From NCBI GenBank assembly GCA_965216875.1, contig OZ244207.1, forward strand, positions 3,104,001 to 3,168,000: a DNA stretch of 64,000 bases, in the 5' to 3' direction. A model generated the notes under the pieces. It was given only the letters and a program-made list of their open reading frames with translations, was not told the origin of the DNA and made no database searches. Positions within the stretch are counted from its first letter, which is position 1, and the number at the start of each line of letters is the position of its first letter. This DNA is from Rubripirellula sp. (lineage in GTDB: Bacteria > Planctomycetota > Planctomycetia > Pirellulales > Pirellulaceae). The translations under genes were made by a program, and so were the position numbers. Positions 47,842 to 58,847 of the stretch are shown here, piece by piece.

Positions 47842-49410
47842 ATGAAGACCTACGCACTTCTACTCACCTCACTTTTCGCCTGCGCTCTCTCAGCACCTGC
47901 TGCTTTGGCCGAAACGCGTGGCTCTCGACCGAACATTGTTTTCATCCTTTCCGACGACATGGGCTGGAACCAACCTGGGTTCAATGGCGGGACCGCGGCG
48001 AAAACACCCAACCTGGACCGATTGGCCGCTGAGGGCCTGCGTCTCAATGAGTTTTACACCCACAGCGTGTGCGCCCCGACGCGCGCCGCATTCTTGACCG
48101 GACGCTACGCCTTCCGAACTTGGAGCGACTGGCGATCGGAAGACTTTGGCAAGCCAAGCTATCTGGCAAAACTGGGACTCGAACTCGCGCACAACGACCG
48201 GGGCGAGCCAACACGCCGCATTCATGCTCTGGACTCGCAAGAGCGAACGATCGCCGAGGCGTTGAAGGAAGCGGGTTATTTCACTGCTCTTCTTGGAAAA
48301 TGGCATCTCGGCGAATGGCTGCCCGAGCATTTGCCGATGGGGCAGGGCTTTGAACACCAATACGGGCATTACGCATGGGGAATCGACTATTACACCAAGA
48401 CGATCGTGCACAACGCGCCGGCTCGTTTTGCTGTCTACGACTGGCACCGCAACCAACGCCCTGTCCAGGAAGAGGGCTATGTCACCGACCTGATCGCCGC
48501 CGAAGCCGAACGGGTGATCTCCGATCGTAAACAGGACGATCGCCCCTTCTTTATGTACGTCGCGTTCAACGCCGTGCACGGCCCGCTCAACACACCACCT
48601 AACTATGACGGTGACGCCGACGACCCATTGGCCATTCGTCACGCGATGCTCGAGAGTCTCGATAGCGCCGTTGGACGAATTGACCGCGCGATCCATGAAA
48701 ACGGTTTTCGCGACAACACGCTGTTCATTTTTACCAACGACAATGGCCCGGTCCTTGAAGAGATGAGCAAGCCATTTCGCGGTACCAAAAACACGACCTT
48801 TGAAGGTGGCGTTCGCCAACCAGCGATCCTGAGGTGGCCGGGGCACACCAAGCCCGGCGCTACCAAAGATGGATTGATGTTTGTGTCTGATTTTTACCCG
48901 ACCTTCATCACGCTCGCGGGTGGCCAACACGCCCAACAGCGCCCTATCGACGGAATCGACATGACGGACATGCTGTTCGAGGACGCGGCGAGCCGCCGAA
49001 ACGAAATCGTCTTCGATGTTTCAGGGAGCGTTCGATTGCCAACCATTCGCAGCGGCGACTTCAAACTGATGGGAGATGCACTCTACAACATCAAAACCGA
49101 TCCAACCGAATCGACGGATGTGGCACCTTCCAACCCCACGGTCGTTGCGGAACTGAAATCACGCCTCGATGAACTGGGACACGAGCGTCCGCCACTGGGT
49201 GACAAACCGCTCTTGATGGATCCTCCGCTGCCCTATGTCTACGGACTCACCGAGCAACAAGACGTCCCCCAATGGCTCATCAAAGCGGTCGACCAAATCC
49301 GGGCGAAACAACCGACCGAATGGGCGCCCGGCGAAACCCCTTGGCCGAAAGCCCCCAAAGGCGCGGTGGCAAGCAAAATGGATGGCCTCAAAGACGAAGC
49401 GGGGAAGTAA
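47842..49410 (+). CDS. Arylsulfatase (S1 family)
   Basis: PNIVFILSDD, CAPTRAAFLTGR, GKWHLG and FEGGVR motifs. Confidence 0.93.
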   Translation: MKTYALLLTSLFACALSAPAALAETRGSRPNIVFILSDDMGWNQPGFNGGTAAKTPNLDRLAAEGLRLNEFYTHSVCAPTRAAFLTGRYAFRTWSDWRSEDFGKPSYLAKLGLELAHNDRGEPTRRIHALDSQERTIAEALKEAGYFTALLGKWHLGEWLPEHLPMGQGFEHQYGHYAWGIDYYTKTIVHNAPARFAVYDWHRNQRPVQEEGYVTDLIAAEAERVISDRKQDDRPFFMYVAFNAVHGPLNTPPNYDGDADDPLAIRHAMLESLDSAVGRIDRAIHENGFRDNTLFIFTNDNGPVLEEMSKPFRGTKNTTFEGGVRQPAILRWPGHTKPGATKDGLMFVSDFYPTFITLAGGQHAQQRPIDGIDMTDMLFEDAASRRNEIVFDVSGSVRLPTIRSGDFKLMGDALYNIKTDPTESTDVAPSNPTVVAELKSRLDELGHERPPLGDKPLLMDPPLPYVYGLTEQQDVPQWLIKAVDQIRAKQPTEWAPGETPWPKAPKGAVASKMDGLKDEAGK

Positions 49411-49454
49411 CCGACCGCAACCCGACATATCGGCACAACACAAACCGCTTGCCG

Positions 49455-50957
49455 CTAATGCGGATTCACCCTCTTTCCGCGCGTATGAGGAACAAGCCGG
49501 TGAAGTTGCTGACTCAATCCGTCAACAACGTCTGACATAGCTGCAACGCCGGAAACGTTTTTGGTTTCGAGTTGGCCTGGACTTCGGTCGCTACGATGGT
49601 CGTACAGTTCACGAGCCACCAAATTCCCATGTTCGTTTCGCCATTCCGTGTATCGATATTCGGCGGTGCGGATGCTGCGGCCGATTCTTCCGCGCCGTTT
49701 CATTTCACTACAACCGGCATCGCGGACGGTTGCGTCACGCTGCTTGAGCAACGGCACAAGGCTAACACCTTCAAGATGGGACGGCTTTGCCAACCCCGCA
49801 AGCTCACACAAAGTCGGATAGAGATCAAGGAATTCAACAACTGCCATCGTCGATTCACCTGGATGGAGCATTCCGGGAGTCGCGATGAGCAACGGCGTTC
49901 GAGTAGAAATCTCGAAGTTTGAATGTTTGTGCCCCCAAGAATCGTACTCTCCCATCTGGTAACCATGATCACCCATAAACACGATGATGGTGTTGTCCTG
50001 GTGGCCAGACTGCTTGAGTGCTGTCAGCACACGACCGAAGCAAGCGTCGACATAAGTGATGCAAGCTAAGTAGCCCTGCAAATACTGCTTCAGAAAATCG
50101 TCGTCGGCATCTTCGAGCGAGGGCATTTCATAGTAGTTCTTGACCAAGCCACGGTTGACCATCCACGGCTCGGCCCCTTCCGGCAAACCTCGAAACGTCG
50201 GCAAATCGATGTCGTCAGGATCGTAGAGGTCCCAATACTCTTGCGGAGCATTGAACGGAAGATGCGGCCGAAGAAAACCAACGGCAAGAAAGAACGGCTC
50301 ATCATCTCCCTTTTTTGACGCCAAGTATCTTTCAACGGCCGCTGCCGTGTTGCCGTCCTGCATTTGATCATCAGGAATGTCACTATCATCCCATGTCCGC
50401 GCCCTTGGCCAATCATGTGGGTGACGCAAGACTTTTCCATCAAGCCTTGCTCGAGCAATCAATCGATTGCGCAGTGCATTCTGTTGCGGCCCCCACACGG
50501 GAACGTCTGGCCACCGCGTCGGCTCACTCCAAGATTCGGCGTCGTCCTCATCACCGAGCATCGATTCATCGTAGATATGAAAAATCTTGCCGAACGCGCG
50601 CGATTCGTAGCCGTTGTTTTTGAAATGCTGTGGCAACGTAATGATATCGGGCACGGCCTCGCGGATACTGACTCCAAAGCCCCGCAAACCGGTCGTATTG
50701 GGACGCAATCCGCTAAGCATCGAGTTTCGCGATGGACTGCATACGGCGGCTTGAACATACGCATGCTCGAACCGAAGAGCCTGAGTCGCAAATCGGTCGA
50801 TGTTCGGCGACTTCACGATGCGATCGCCATAGCAACCGAGCTGTGGGCGAAGATCGTCCGCCATGATCCAAAGTACGTTCGGGCGATCATCGGCTTTCAA
50901 AACATGCGCTGCGCAAACTGCGAACAGAACACACCCTATCAGTCGTTCCAGCAACAC
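49455..50957 (-). CDS. Sulfatase, iduronate-2-sulfatase-like
   Basis: ADDLRP, CSPSRNSMLSG, GKIFH, RPHLPF and GDHGY motifs. Confidence 0.93.
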   Translation of the reverse strand: MLLERLIGCVLFAVCAAHVLKADDRPNVLWIMADDLRPQLGCYGDRIVKSPNIDRFATQALRFEHAYVQAAVCSPSRNSMLSGLRPNTTGLRGFGVSIREAVPDIITLPQHFKNNGYESRAFGKIFHIYDESMLGDEDDAESWSEPTRWPDVPVWGPQQNALRNRLIARARLDGKVLRHPHDWPRARTWDDSDIPDDQMQDGNTAAAVERYLASKKGDDEPFFLAVGFLRPHLPFNAPQEYWDLYDPDDIDLPTFRGLPEGAEPWMVNRGLVKNYYEMPSLEDADDDFLKQYLQGYLACITYVDACFGRVLTALKQSGHQDNTIIVFMGDHGYQMGEYDSWGHKHSNFEISTRTPLLIATPGMLHPGESTMAVVEFLDLYPTLCELAGLAKPSHLEGVSLVPLLKQRDATVRDAGCSEMKRRGRIGRSIRTAEYRYTEWRNEHGNLVARELYDHRSDRSPGQLETKNVSGVAAMSDVVDGLSQQLHRLVPHTRGKRVNPH

Positions 50958-51377
50958 AATCGTCGGCTCCTTTACTAGGCCTCAGCACGAAAGCCAACAT
51001 TCTATGCGACTTGCAATCCACACTAAATGTCCAGCGATTGCAAAGAGTTTCGTCGATTCGAGCGTACCGACCTGTTCACGCCTTTGTCTTCAGCTGACTT
51101 AGGACTACAAGCGATCGTTCTGTCGATCCAAACATTCAAACTCTGGTCAAACGCAGGATTTCGGCATGCGTAACCGCGCGTTGTCACAGATGAACGGAAA
51201 CGCCTAACTGAACTTGTGCGCGTCTGAACAGATTGTCATCGGTGACATCCTCTCACGAAGCTGCCCCAAAAACTCTCATTGAATTCAATCGCGATCGCGC
51301 AAAGCTTTCGGCATTCACTTCGCGGCGCATCCCTTGGCAGGCGCCGCTTCTCTTTCCCACTCAAGAGGGCACGTCTC

Positions 51378-52898
51378 ATGGGTACCAATCCAGGTCCACA
51401 AGCTCGAACTGGCGCACAGTTTTTGTCTTTCGCATTGGCCGCATCCGCAGCGATGGCGATGTCGTTTTTGTCAAGCACGAAAGCGCTCGGCCAAATGTCC
51501 CTTCCGACAGATGTTGACCTGACGTGCCAAGTCTCGTCAAAAGACTTCGGCAACTGGTTCGTCGGCGGTACTCCTGCCCTCAACGGTCCGGTCAACCCGG
51601 CCGACAGCGTGAATCTGAGCACGTCAAGTTCGGTGTGTGACTTCTACAAATGGGGCGCGCAGATGTTTTTGTGGGTCACCTCGCCCAGCGGAAACGGCCT
51701 CGTGCTAGATAGTCCTGCTCTGTTTAACGTCCTCCCCGCCAATGCAAATAAGGTCCGCTACTTACAAGCGAACAGCGCGACCACAACGCCAGCGTTTTCG
51801 GTTCGCAGCACAAAACAAGACGACATCGGAGAGGTCGGCCAAGCCGGCAGCAGCGGCGTGCTCCTTTCGCAACAAGGTTCATTGGTTTATTACGGCGTTC
51901 ACGTCAACGAATTGTATGGTTATTTCTTAACAGGCCAAAAGAACAATGCCTTTCCTCAGCTAACGACCTTTCCTCGAAATCAATCCGACCTCACTTCGGT
52001 CACGAACTACGTTGCCAGCACTTTCCCGTCGGTCACGCTCGAAGCCCCCGAAACGCTTGTGATGGAATTCAAAACGTCATGGGTCAGCGCGGCGAGCGTA
52101 CCTGATGCGTCCCAATTCATCACGATGACCGCAACCGTTCCGGAGTACACGCCCAATTCGACCAACACCGAATGGAAGGCGACAGGAACAGCGACGCTTG
52201 ATTTGGCGCTAACAGGTATTCACATCGTTGGCACAGTCCAAAACCACCCTGAGTTTATTTGGATCACCTACGAACACATCATGAATGCTCCCGACCAAGA
52301 CTACTACTATCAATCGACCTCTTCGCCTAACCCGGTGCTGCATTCATTTGACTCAAGCGGGACCTTCTTGTTCATGGCGACGGGCGGACCGTCGGCCAGT
52401 GCAAATGTCGAATGTGCCTATGAAAAACACGGGAATATCCACGCGGCAACGCAACCCAATACGAACCCGCCTGTGTTGGTTTGTCCGAATGGAATCAGTC
52501 CATCGAATACGGTCCGCAATTACCCGTGGGGAAGTAAAGCCAATGACAACAGTGCTGCCGTTGTCAAAAACAACACCGACCTGCTCTCGATCAATCAATC
52601 GGTCCGCAGCCAGCTTGCCGCAGGCGACGTGCGCGCCAACTACATCCAAACTGCCGGAATCTGGACCACTGTTCCATCGCCCAAACAAGACGCACCGATC
52701 CCAAAAGCTTCGGGCTATTCCAAGTCAGACCTACGGGGTTCGCTGAAAGCGTTCAATTCGACGATGGAAACTTACACACAGGGCACGCACTGCTTTAGTT
52801 GTCACCAACAGTCGAGTACTGCAACAAACAGCTTCGGAAAGTCTCAACTTTCACATATCTATTCAGAAATCGCTCCGCTTCCAACGGTTGGAAAGTAA
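51378..52898 (+). CDS. Secreted Ser/Thr-rich hypothetical protein with a single C-terminal CxxCH
   Basis: Signal peptide, GIHIVG...HPEFIWITYEH and NSTMETY...CFSCH. Confidence 0.75.
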   Translation: MGTNPGPQARTGAQFLSFALAASAAMAMSFLSSTKALGQMSLPTDVDLTCQVSSKDFGNWFVGGTPALNGPVNPADSVNLSTSSSVCDFYKWGAQMFLWVTSPSGNGLVLDSPALFNVLPANANKVRYLQANSATTTPAFSVRSTKQDDIGEVGQAGSSGVLLSQQGSLVYYGVHVNELYGYFLTGQKNNAFPQLTTFPRNQSDLTSVTNYVASTFPSVTLEAPETLVMEFKTSWVSAASVPDASQFITMTATVPEYTPNSTNTEWKATGTATLDLALTGIHIVGTVQNHPEFIWITYEHIMNAPDQDYYYQSTSSPNPVLHSFDSSGTFLFMATGGPSASANVECAYEKHGNIHAATQPNTNPPVLVCPNGISPSNTVRNYPWGSKANDNSAAVVKNNTDLLSINQSVRSQLAAGDVRANYIQTAGIWTTVPSPKQDAPIPKASGYSKSDLRGSLKAFNSTMETYTQGTHCFSCHQQSSTATNSFGKSQLSHIYSEIAPLPTVGK

Positions 52899-52931
52899 TA
52901 GCCGACAAACCGCTCGAGCCTGCCACAGAGT

Positions 52932-53861
52932 TCAATGGGTTCGCCCCGTTGCGTTGCTGTTGAACTCTGTGGCTTTCTGCATGGAGAGATGCCGGCGCAA
53001 AAACTGGTCGATTCGCGCAATCTGCGGCGATGTGTAAAAGCGTTCGCCACCGTGCGCCGCTCCATGCAAGACATCAAACTCGACCTCCAGTTCGAGCGAT
53101 TTGAACTTTCCGTGCAGTTCATGGGCCTGGTTGATCGGCATCTGTGGATCCTGGTCCCCATGAATCAACAAAAGGGGTGGGTCACTTTTGTCGACGTGAA
53201 AGACGGGGCTTGCCAGCTTCGCGACGTCCGGAACGCGATCGGGGTGTCCGCCAATGAAAAGGTCGAGAGCGGGCTCGCGTACACTCAACCCATGCGGTGT
53301 CGATTGGTTCAAGATTGTCGTCAGGTTGCTCGCTCCATAAAGGCTCACCGTTGCCTGAACCGACGAACTCTGATCAAGATGCTCCCCAATCGTTCCTTCG
53401 AGTTCCTGATGTTCGTTCGTCACCCCAACAAGCGCCGCGAGGTGTCCACCGGCAGAGGCACCGGCGATCGCGATCCGATTGCTCTCGTACCCGTACTTGT
53501 GTGCGTTGGCGCGAAGAAAACGAATGGCCGCTTTGATGTCGTGAATCTGGGCCGGGAACTTTGCGACGGGCGATAACCGATAACCAATCGACGCGACGGC
53601 CCAACCTCTTTCTTCGACGAGCTTCTTTACTGGCACCGACTCCTTGGCTCCGCGTCGCCACGCCCCCCCATGAATCCAAACCAATAGAGGCGTTTCCTCT
53701 GCATCGGGCGGAAGGTGCAAATCAAGTTTCAACGACACGCCATCGACCACACCAAACTCGATGTCGCGAATGGAGCTCTGCGCAAAAACCGATGATTCAC
53801 TCTTAGGAAATGCCACAAGAATCCCAAGCAAAAGCAAGATGCCAGACAATCGCTGGTACAT
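52932..53861 (-). CDS. Secreted alpha/beta hydrolase (HSL-type esterase/lipase)
   Basis: IHGGAW, GASAGGHL, HGDQD and HGAAHG motifs. Confidence 0.92.
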   Translation of the reverse strand: MYQRLSGILLLLGILVAFPKSESSVFAQSSIRDIEFGVVDGVSLKLDLHLPPDAEETPLLVWIHGGAWRRGAKESVPVKKLVEERGWAVASIGYRLSPVAKFPAQIHDIKAAIRFLRANAHKYGYESNRIAIAGASAGGHLAALVGVTNEHQELEGTIGEHLDQSSSVQATVSLYGASNLTTILNQSTPHGLSVREPALDLFIGGHPDRVPDVAKLASPVFHVDKSDPPLLLIHGDQDPQMPINQAHELHGKFKSLELEVEFDVLHGAAHGGERFYTSPQIARIDQFLRRHLSMQKATEFNSNATGRTH

Positions 53862-53938
53862 AGACAAACCCAACCGATCCAATCAATGGTGAGACAACCG
53901 CAGGAACACTTGATGCGGCAGACATAGATTAGACGAAA

Positions 53939-53971
53939 CGATCGGGCCCGTGCGATCGGGCCCGTGCGATC
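53939..53971. repeat. Short 14-bp tandem duplication
   Basis: CGATCGGGCCCGTG twice, followed by CGATC. Confidence 0.8.
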
Positions 53972-53991
53972 AGTGGCGATTTGCAGCACCA

Positions 53992-55497
53992 CTATTGCTC
54001 AGGAACTTGATACTTGGCCTTCAATGCCGCCAATTGTTGTTTCAGCTCTTTCGCCAGCGATTCCACCGCGTCAGTTCCGTAGAGGTTGTGCATTTCCTGA
54101 GGATCGTTTGCCAAGTCATACAGTTCCCAGTAGCCGAGCGTGTAGAAGTGGATCAGCTTGTAGCGCTGCGTGCGAATCCCCTCATGTTTGGCAACCTTGT
54201 GCCAAGAGTCTGCCCCTTCGTAGTAGTGGTAGTAGAGTGACTCTCGCCAGGTTGTCGGCTTACCGCGCAGAATCGGCACGAGACTGCGTCCCTGCATGTC
54301 GGTCGGGCTTTCGACTCCGGCAATGTCCAGAATCGTTTGGGCGTAGTCGAGATTCTGGACCAGCTCGTCGACCGATTGGCCTGGCTTGACCTTGCCCGGC
54401 CATTTGATCAGCAGGGGCGTCCGCATCGATTCCTCGTACATGAATCGCTTATCGAACCACCCATGCTCGCCAAGGTAGAAGCCTTGATCAGAGCTGTAGA
54501 TGACCACGGTATTCTTGTCTAACCCCGAATCCTTCAAGTAGTCGAGCATGCGTCCGACATTGTCGTCGACCGACGCGATACAGCGGAGGTAGTCCTTCAT
54601 GTAGCGTTGGTATTTCCAGCGAACAAGCGCTTCGCCACTTAGGTTCGACGCAATGAACTGCGCATTCTTGCCTGCATACGCTTTGTTCCAGCCGGCACGC
54701 TGCTTGTCCGTCATCCTGCCGATGTTGTAGTGCCAGATTTGTTTCTTCCTCCGATCAACGTCGAGTTCCCAAACTTTGTTGTCTGAGGTGAGATTCATCG
54801 TCTTGGCAATCGACATGTCCTGGTCGCGCGCCGCTGCACCACGTGACTCGTAGCTATCGAACAAGTTGTCAGGTTCAGGGATCGTGACGTCATCATAGAG
54901 AGCGAGGTGCTTGGGGCTCGGCATCCATTCACGATGCGGCGCCTTGTGCTGCAGCATCAACATGAACGGCTGATCTCGATTGTGATCGATCCATTCAATC
55001 GACTTATCCGTTATGAGATCCGTCACGTAGCCTGGCTCTCGGTGCCTACCTCGATTAGTAACGAAGTCAGGATTGTAGTAGTGGCCTTGTCCGGGCAAGA
55101 TCTCCCAATGGTTGAATCCCTGAGGCTGCGACTTCAGATGCCATTTACCGATCAGCGCCGTCTTGTAGCCGGCGTTTTGCAGGAGCTTGGGGAACGTTGT
55201 TTGCCCACCATCAAACAGATCGTCATTTTTCCGAAAGCCGTTGAGGTGACTGTGCTTTCCGGTAAGGATCACAGCTCGACTCGGGCCGCAAATCGAGTTT
55301 GTCACAAAGCTATTTCGGAAGATTGCGCCTTCGCTGGCAATTCGATCGATATTCGGCGTTTGATTCACCTTTGACCCATAGGCACTAATCGCCTGATAAG
55401 CGTGGTCATCGGTAAAGATAAACAGAATGTTCGGTCGTTCGCTTGCTGACGCCGTGCAAGCCAACGTCAACAGTGAGAGGGCAAGAGCAACTCGCAT
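53992..55497 (-). CDS. Sulfatase, N-acetylglucosamine-6-sulfatase / mucin-desulfating type
   Basis: [27 protein letters not shown] and GEHGWFDKR motifs. Confidence 0.93.
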   Translation of the reverse strand: MRVALALSLLTLACTASASERPNILFIFTDDHAYQAISAYGSKVNQTPNIDRIASEGAIFRNSFVTNSICGPSRAVILTGKHSHLNGFRKNDDLFDGGQTTFPKLLQNAGYKTALIGKWHLKSQPQGFNHWEILPGQGHYYNPDFVTNRGRHREPGYVTDLITDKSIEWIDHNRDQPFMLMLQHKAPHREWMPSPKHLALYDDVTIPEPDNLFDSYESRGAAARDQDMSIAKTMNLTSDNKVWELDVDRRKKQIWHYNIGRMTDKQRAGWNKAYAGKNAQFIASNLSGEALVRWKYQRYMKDYLRCIASVDDNVGRMLDYLKDSGLDKNTVVIYSSDQGFYLGEHGWFDKRFMYEESMRTPLLIKWPGKVKPGQSVDELVQNLDYAQTILDIAGVESPTDMQGRSLVPILRGKPTTWRESLYYHYYEGADSWHKVAKHEGIRTQRYKLIHFYTLGYWELYDLANDPQEMHNLYGTDAVESLAKELKQQLAALKAKYQVPEQ

Positions 55498-55524
55498 GGT
55501 TTGTATTCGCTTTCTAACTGATGG

Positions 55525-57132
55525 CTACTTGTCTCTGCGAGCTTCGCGACTCGCCTTGCGTTTTAACCGGCGTTCTTCGTCAGTGATGGTTTGTTGTCGC
55601 TTGTCCGGCTGCGACTCTCGTTTTGACCTTGCGCTCGTCCAACGATTCAAGTCGACGGGGTTCTTTGCGATCCGGCCCGGTAGGTCATGCTTGTCCCACA
55701 TCGCCGCATACGTCTTGCTCATTTGGTCAACCGATTGTGTCTTTTGATAGACAGTGAACACCTCCGACATCGGATCGCTGCTTTGAGTGAGGTGACTGGC
55801 CATGCGGCGACGAAACGCATCGATCTTCTTGGCATGGCGGGGATCGTTGATCAGATTGTTCAGACAATGGGGATCATCCCGCAGATCGAAGAACTCCTCT
55901 GGAACACGGGTCAACAGGTATTCGGCACGCCTGGCCCATGCCGAATCGGATTGGCCGAGCATCAGCATCGTTCGGAAGGAGACACCGCCCATGGCAGAAC
56001 TGTTGTAAACAGGTTTGCCGTTGTGCCACGGGTTGAAAACGTACATTGACTCAGTGTCTTGAAGGCCGCGCATTTGATAGTTGGGTTGACCAATCTTCAT
56101 GTAGTACTGGGTGAAGATGTGGTCTCGATCGGGCTGCGAGCCGCCAGCCAAAAGCGGCATGAGGGATCGTCCGTCCATTCCACCCGGATTCTCGAGTCCT
56201 GCAGCCTCAAGAATGGTCGGCAGGATGTCCATCGATGAAATCATGTGGTCCTTGTCAATCTGGCCAGCCTCGATGTGTCCGTCCCACCTCACAATGAATG
56301 GCGTCCGCGTACTTTGCACGTAGCAATTGGATTTTGCTGACGGGACTGCCATACCATGATCTGATAGAAAGACGATCATGGTATCCGTTGCAAGCTGACG
56401 CTCTTCGATCACATCGACGATGCGTCCGACGACATCGTCACATCGTCTTACGGATGAGAAATAGCAGGCCTGTTCGTGCCTCACATCTGGATGATCAGGA
56501 ATCGTGGGATGAACAGGGATTTCCTCAGGCCGGTAGATGCGGCTTGGCACTTCCCCATCGCCATCAGAGCTTTCTCGATCAATCTTGAAATAGGGTCGGT
56601 GCGGATCATGTGAATTCACAACCAAGTAAAACGGCTTTGTCGCACTTAGTGAGCCATCAATGAAGTCGGCGACCTCGCGTTCGAACTCGTCGGTGTTTCT
56701 TCCCATCTCCGTCGCGACGTCCCATGGTGTGTCCTCGTAAGGTGTGCTGTGCTTGACCTTCCCCAGGATGCCAACGCGATACCCCGCGTCGTGCAGGATC
56801 TGCTGGACGGTCGGAACGTTCGGGAACCGAAGGTAAAAGAATCCTTCGCCACCACTTCGATGCCCACGCCGACCAGTACTGATGGCACTTCTTGATGGAT
56901 AGCAGGCCGTCGAAGCAACGTGAGCGTGCTCGAATCGGATGCCTTGTTCGGCAAGACGATCAATCGATGGGGTGACTTCCGGAAGCGGGCAACCATAGCA
57001 GCCGACCGAATCCCAATTCATGTCATCGGCGGTAATGATGATGACATTGGGACGGTCACCAGCGGCTTGGTCGGCACGCAGCGATGGCGCGAGCAACGCG
57101 ACCAGAATCAGCGCACAAGGAAAGGGTCGCAT
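55525..57132 (-). CDS. Sulfatase, N-sulfoglucosamine sulfohydrolase-like
   Basis: TADDM, CYPSRSAISTG, DPHRP and SDHG motifs. Confidence 0.9.
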   Translation of the reverse strand: MRPFPCALILVALLAPSLRADQAAGDRPNVIIITADDMNWDSVGCYGCPLPEVTPSIDRLAEQGIRFEHAHVASTACYPSRSAISTGRRGHRSGGEGFFYLRFPNVPTVQQILHDAGYRVGILGKVKHSTPYEDTPWDVATEMGRNTDEFEREVADFIDGSLSATKPFYLVVNSHDPHRPYFKIDRESSDGDGEVPSRIYRPEEIPVHPTIPDHPDVRHEQACYFSSVRRCDDVVGRIVDVIEERQLATDTMIVFLSDHGMAVPSAKSNCYVQSTRTPFIVRWDGHIEAGQIDKDHMISSMDILPTILEAAGLENPGGMDGRSLMPLLAGGSQPDRDHIFTQYYMKIGQPNYQMRGLQDTESMYVFNPWHNGKPVYNSSAMGGVSFRTMLMLGQSDSAWARRAEYLLTRVPEEFFDLRDDPHCLNNLINDPRHAKKIDAFRRRMASHLTQSSDPMSEVFTVYQKTQSVDQMSKTYAAMWDKHDLPGRIAKNPVDLNRWTSARSKRESQPDKRQQTITDEERRLKRKASREARRDK

Positions 57133-57260
57133 GGCAACGAACTCTCAGAACTCAACGATTAACGGTGTTCGAACAATGGCATTCAATGGTCATATGCACG
57201 TGCAAGAGGATCCTGCCACCGTTTTGTGTGATTCCCGCCAGTTCGCCGCACTTGCACAGG

Positions 57261-58847
57261 CTACTGCGATTTCGATGTGACCGGATGGTTTTGAATTCGA
57301 ATCGCATCCAACGAGAAACGCAGCTCCGAATGAGGCTCCATCGTCAACTGCAGACCAATCGTGTTGACACTCGGATTGCTAAAGTGGGCTTCCGCCAACG
57401 GAATTCCATCGCCAAGCGTATTCCAGACGGTAACCGAGCCATCCGATACAGAAGCTCGCCACTGGCGTCTGTGGGGATGAACCTCGATCAGGAACCGGTA
57501 CGTTCGGTCCCGAAGCAAAGCGAGTTCCCCGGTCTGTTTCATCGACGCCTGCGGAATGAGCCAATGAAGTTGCTCTCGATCATCTGGCAGCGACGCTGCG
57601 ATTTCCCAGCCACGATGATCACCACTTGCTTCGGCCGTTCCCTGCGAGCCAAAGACTTTCATCGCACGCAGTTGCTGCGGATCGCTCTCGAGCCTCATCA
57701 AGAATTCAATCGTGTACGGTTGCTCGACGTCGAAAAGATCATAAGACCCAAAGTCGCGGACGAGTTTCAAATCGGCCGCGTCCGCACCGCTGGTGCCGGC
57801 GTAGGTGTAGTAGTTTCTTGTCCCGGGCGCAAGCGGATTTTCCACCTGAATTCCCGTCGCCAGTTCGTTGGTTGTGACGTTGACTGAATCGAATACCCAA
57901 GGGCTCAACCATCCCAATTTGGGTTCACCTGGATAAAGGTCGTCGTTGCGGAACGTTTCGCGAATCACTTTACGTCGCCGAATCATCGAGCGTGCATTTT
58001 CGAAACGGGACTGCGAGAACGCTTTCTGGCTTGTCGTTCCGTCCGGTCCTATGCGATAGGCCAATCCGGCTGCAACAAGCTGCTGGCCGGACTGTGGTGC
58101 GTGCTTTGCCGCCAGCTCAATCTGACCGTCAAACACGATCACTTCGGAAACACCGTCGGGACCTGCTGTCACACCGAACTCTGTGCCCAGGTCAACCACG
58201 TTCGCGCTCGACGTTGACACTTGAAACCCCTCCGCGCCATCGGGCACGTACGCGACGAGCTCGCCTGCGTGCAGAACGGCGTGGTCTCGGTTAACGAGCT
58301 CATAGACTGCTGGACCTTGAACCGTCACCACCACTCCGTGCTGGTAGGTCAATAGCAACGTGCCTGCCGCAAAGCTCAACCTTCCTTCGGAAAGGAGGTC
58401 GCCGGCCTGAACCGCCGCTTGCGAGGGTGTCCACTGGACGCCGACGAGTTCCGTCACCGTCGCGAGGGGTACTGACGTTGGCGTCAACTCGTCTTGCCAA
58501 TACCACCGAAATGCGAATCCAACTGCAATCAAAATGCTGGCAGCGATCGCCAGACGCAACGACACCGCCAGTCCGCCCCCTCGCGAGTCATGCCCGACGC
58601 CCTGCGAGTCATGCCCGACGCCCTGCGAGTCTGGGCCTCCAGCTTCAGCAGCCCCCAACAGGTCGGGTTTGATCTCGCATGACTCAAGGTCGCGATGGAG
58701 CGACACGACCAAATGATAATGCTGACGGGCTTCGCTTGAGCCCTGCAATAGAAACTCCAGTTCCCCCAGTTCCTCACCGGTGATCTCACCGTCGCAAAGC
58801 TTGCCAATGAGATGGGTCAAGCGATTTCGGTCGAGTGTCGATGACAT
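57261..58847 (-). CDS. FecR-like anti-sigma factor
   Basis: N-terminal helical domain (LCDGEIT...ARQHY), a TM, and VVDLGTEFGV. Coupled to the ECF gene. Confidence 0.85.
   Translation of the reverse strand: MSSTLDRNRLTHLIGKLCDGEITGEELGELEFLLQGSSEARQHYHLVVSLHRDLESCEIKPDLLGAAEAGGPDSQGVGHDSQGVGHDSRGGGLAVSLRLAIAASILIAVGFAFRWYWQDELTPTSVPLATVTELVGVQWTPSQAAVQAGDLLSEGRLSFAAGTLLLTYQHGVVVTVQGPAVYELVNRDHAVLHAGELVAYVPDGAEGFQVSTSSANVVDLGTEFGVTAGPDGVSEVIVFDGQIELAAKHAPQSGQQLVAAGLAYRIGPDGTTSQKAFSQSRFENARSMIRRRKVIRETFRNDDLYPGEPKLGWLSPWVFDSVNVTTNELATGIQVENPLAPGTRNYYTYAGTSGADAADLKLVRDFGSYDLFDVEQPYTIEFLMRLESDPQQLRAMKVFGSQGTAEASGDHRGWEIAASLPDDREQLHWLIPQASMKQTGELALLRDRTYRFLIEVHPHRRQWRASVSDGSVTVWNTLGDGIPLAEAHFSNPSVNTIGLQLTMEPHSELRFSLDAIRIQNHPVTSKSQ
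58583..58631. repeat. In-frame 21-bp tandem repeat within the FecR-like gene
   Basis: GCGAGTCATGCCCGACGCCCT twice plus GCGAGTC, encoding DSQGVGH twice. Confidence 0.85.

Noticed and set aside
53939..53971. 14-bp tandem repeat as a regulatory site
   Set aside because: A simple local duplication with no second occurrence noticed, so a function is unsupported.
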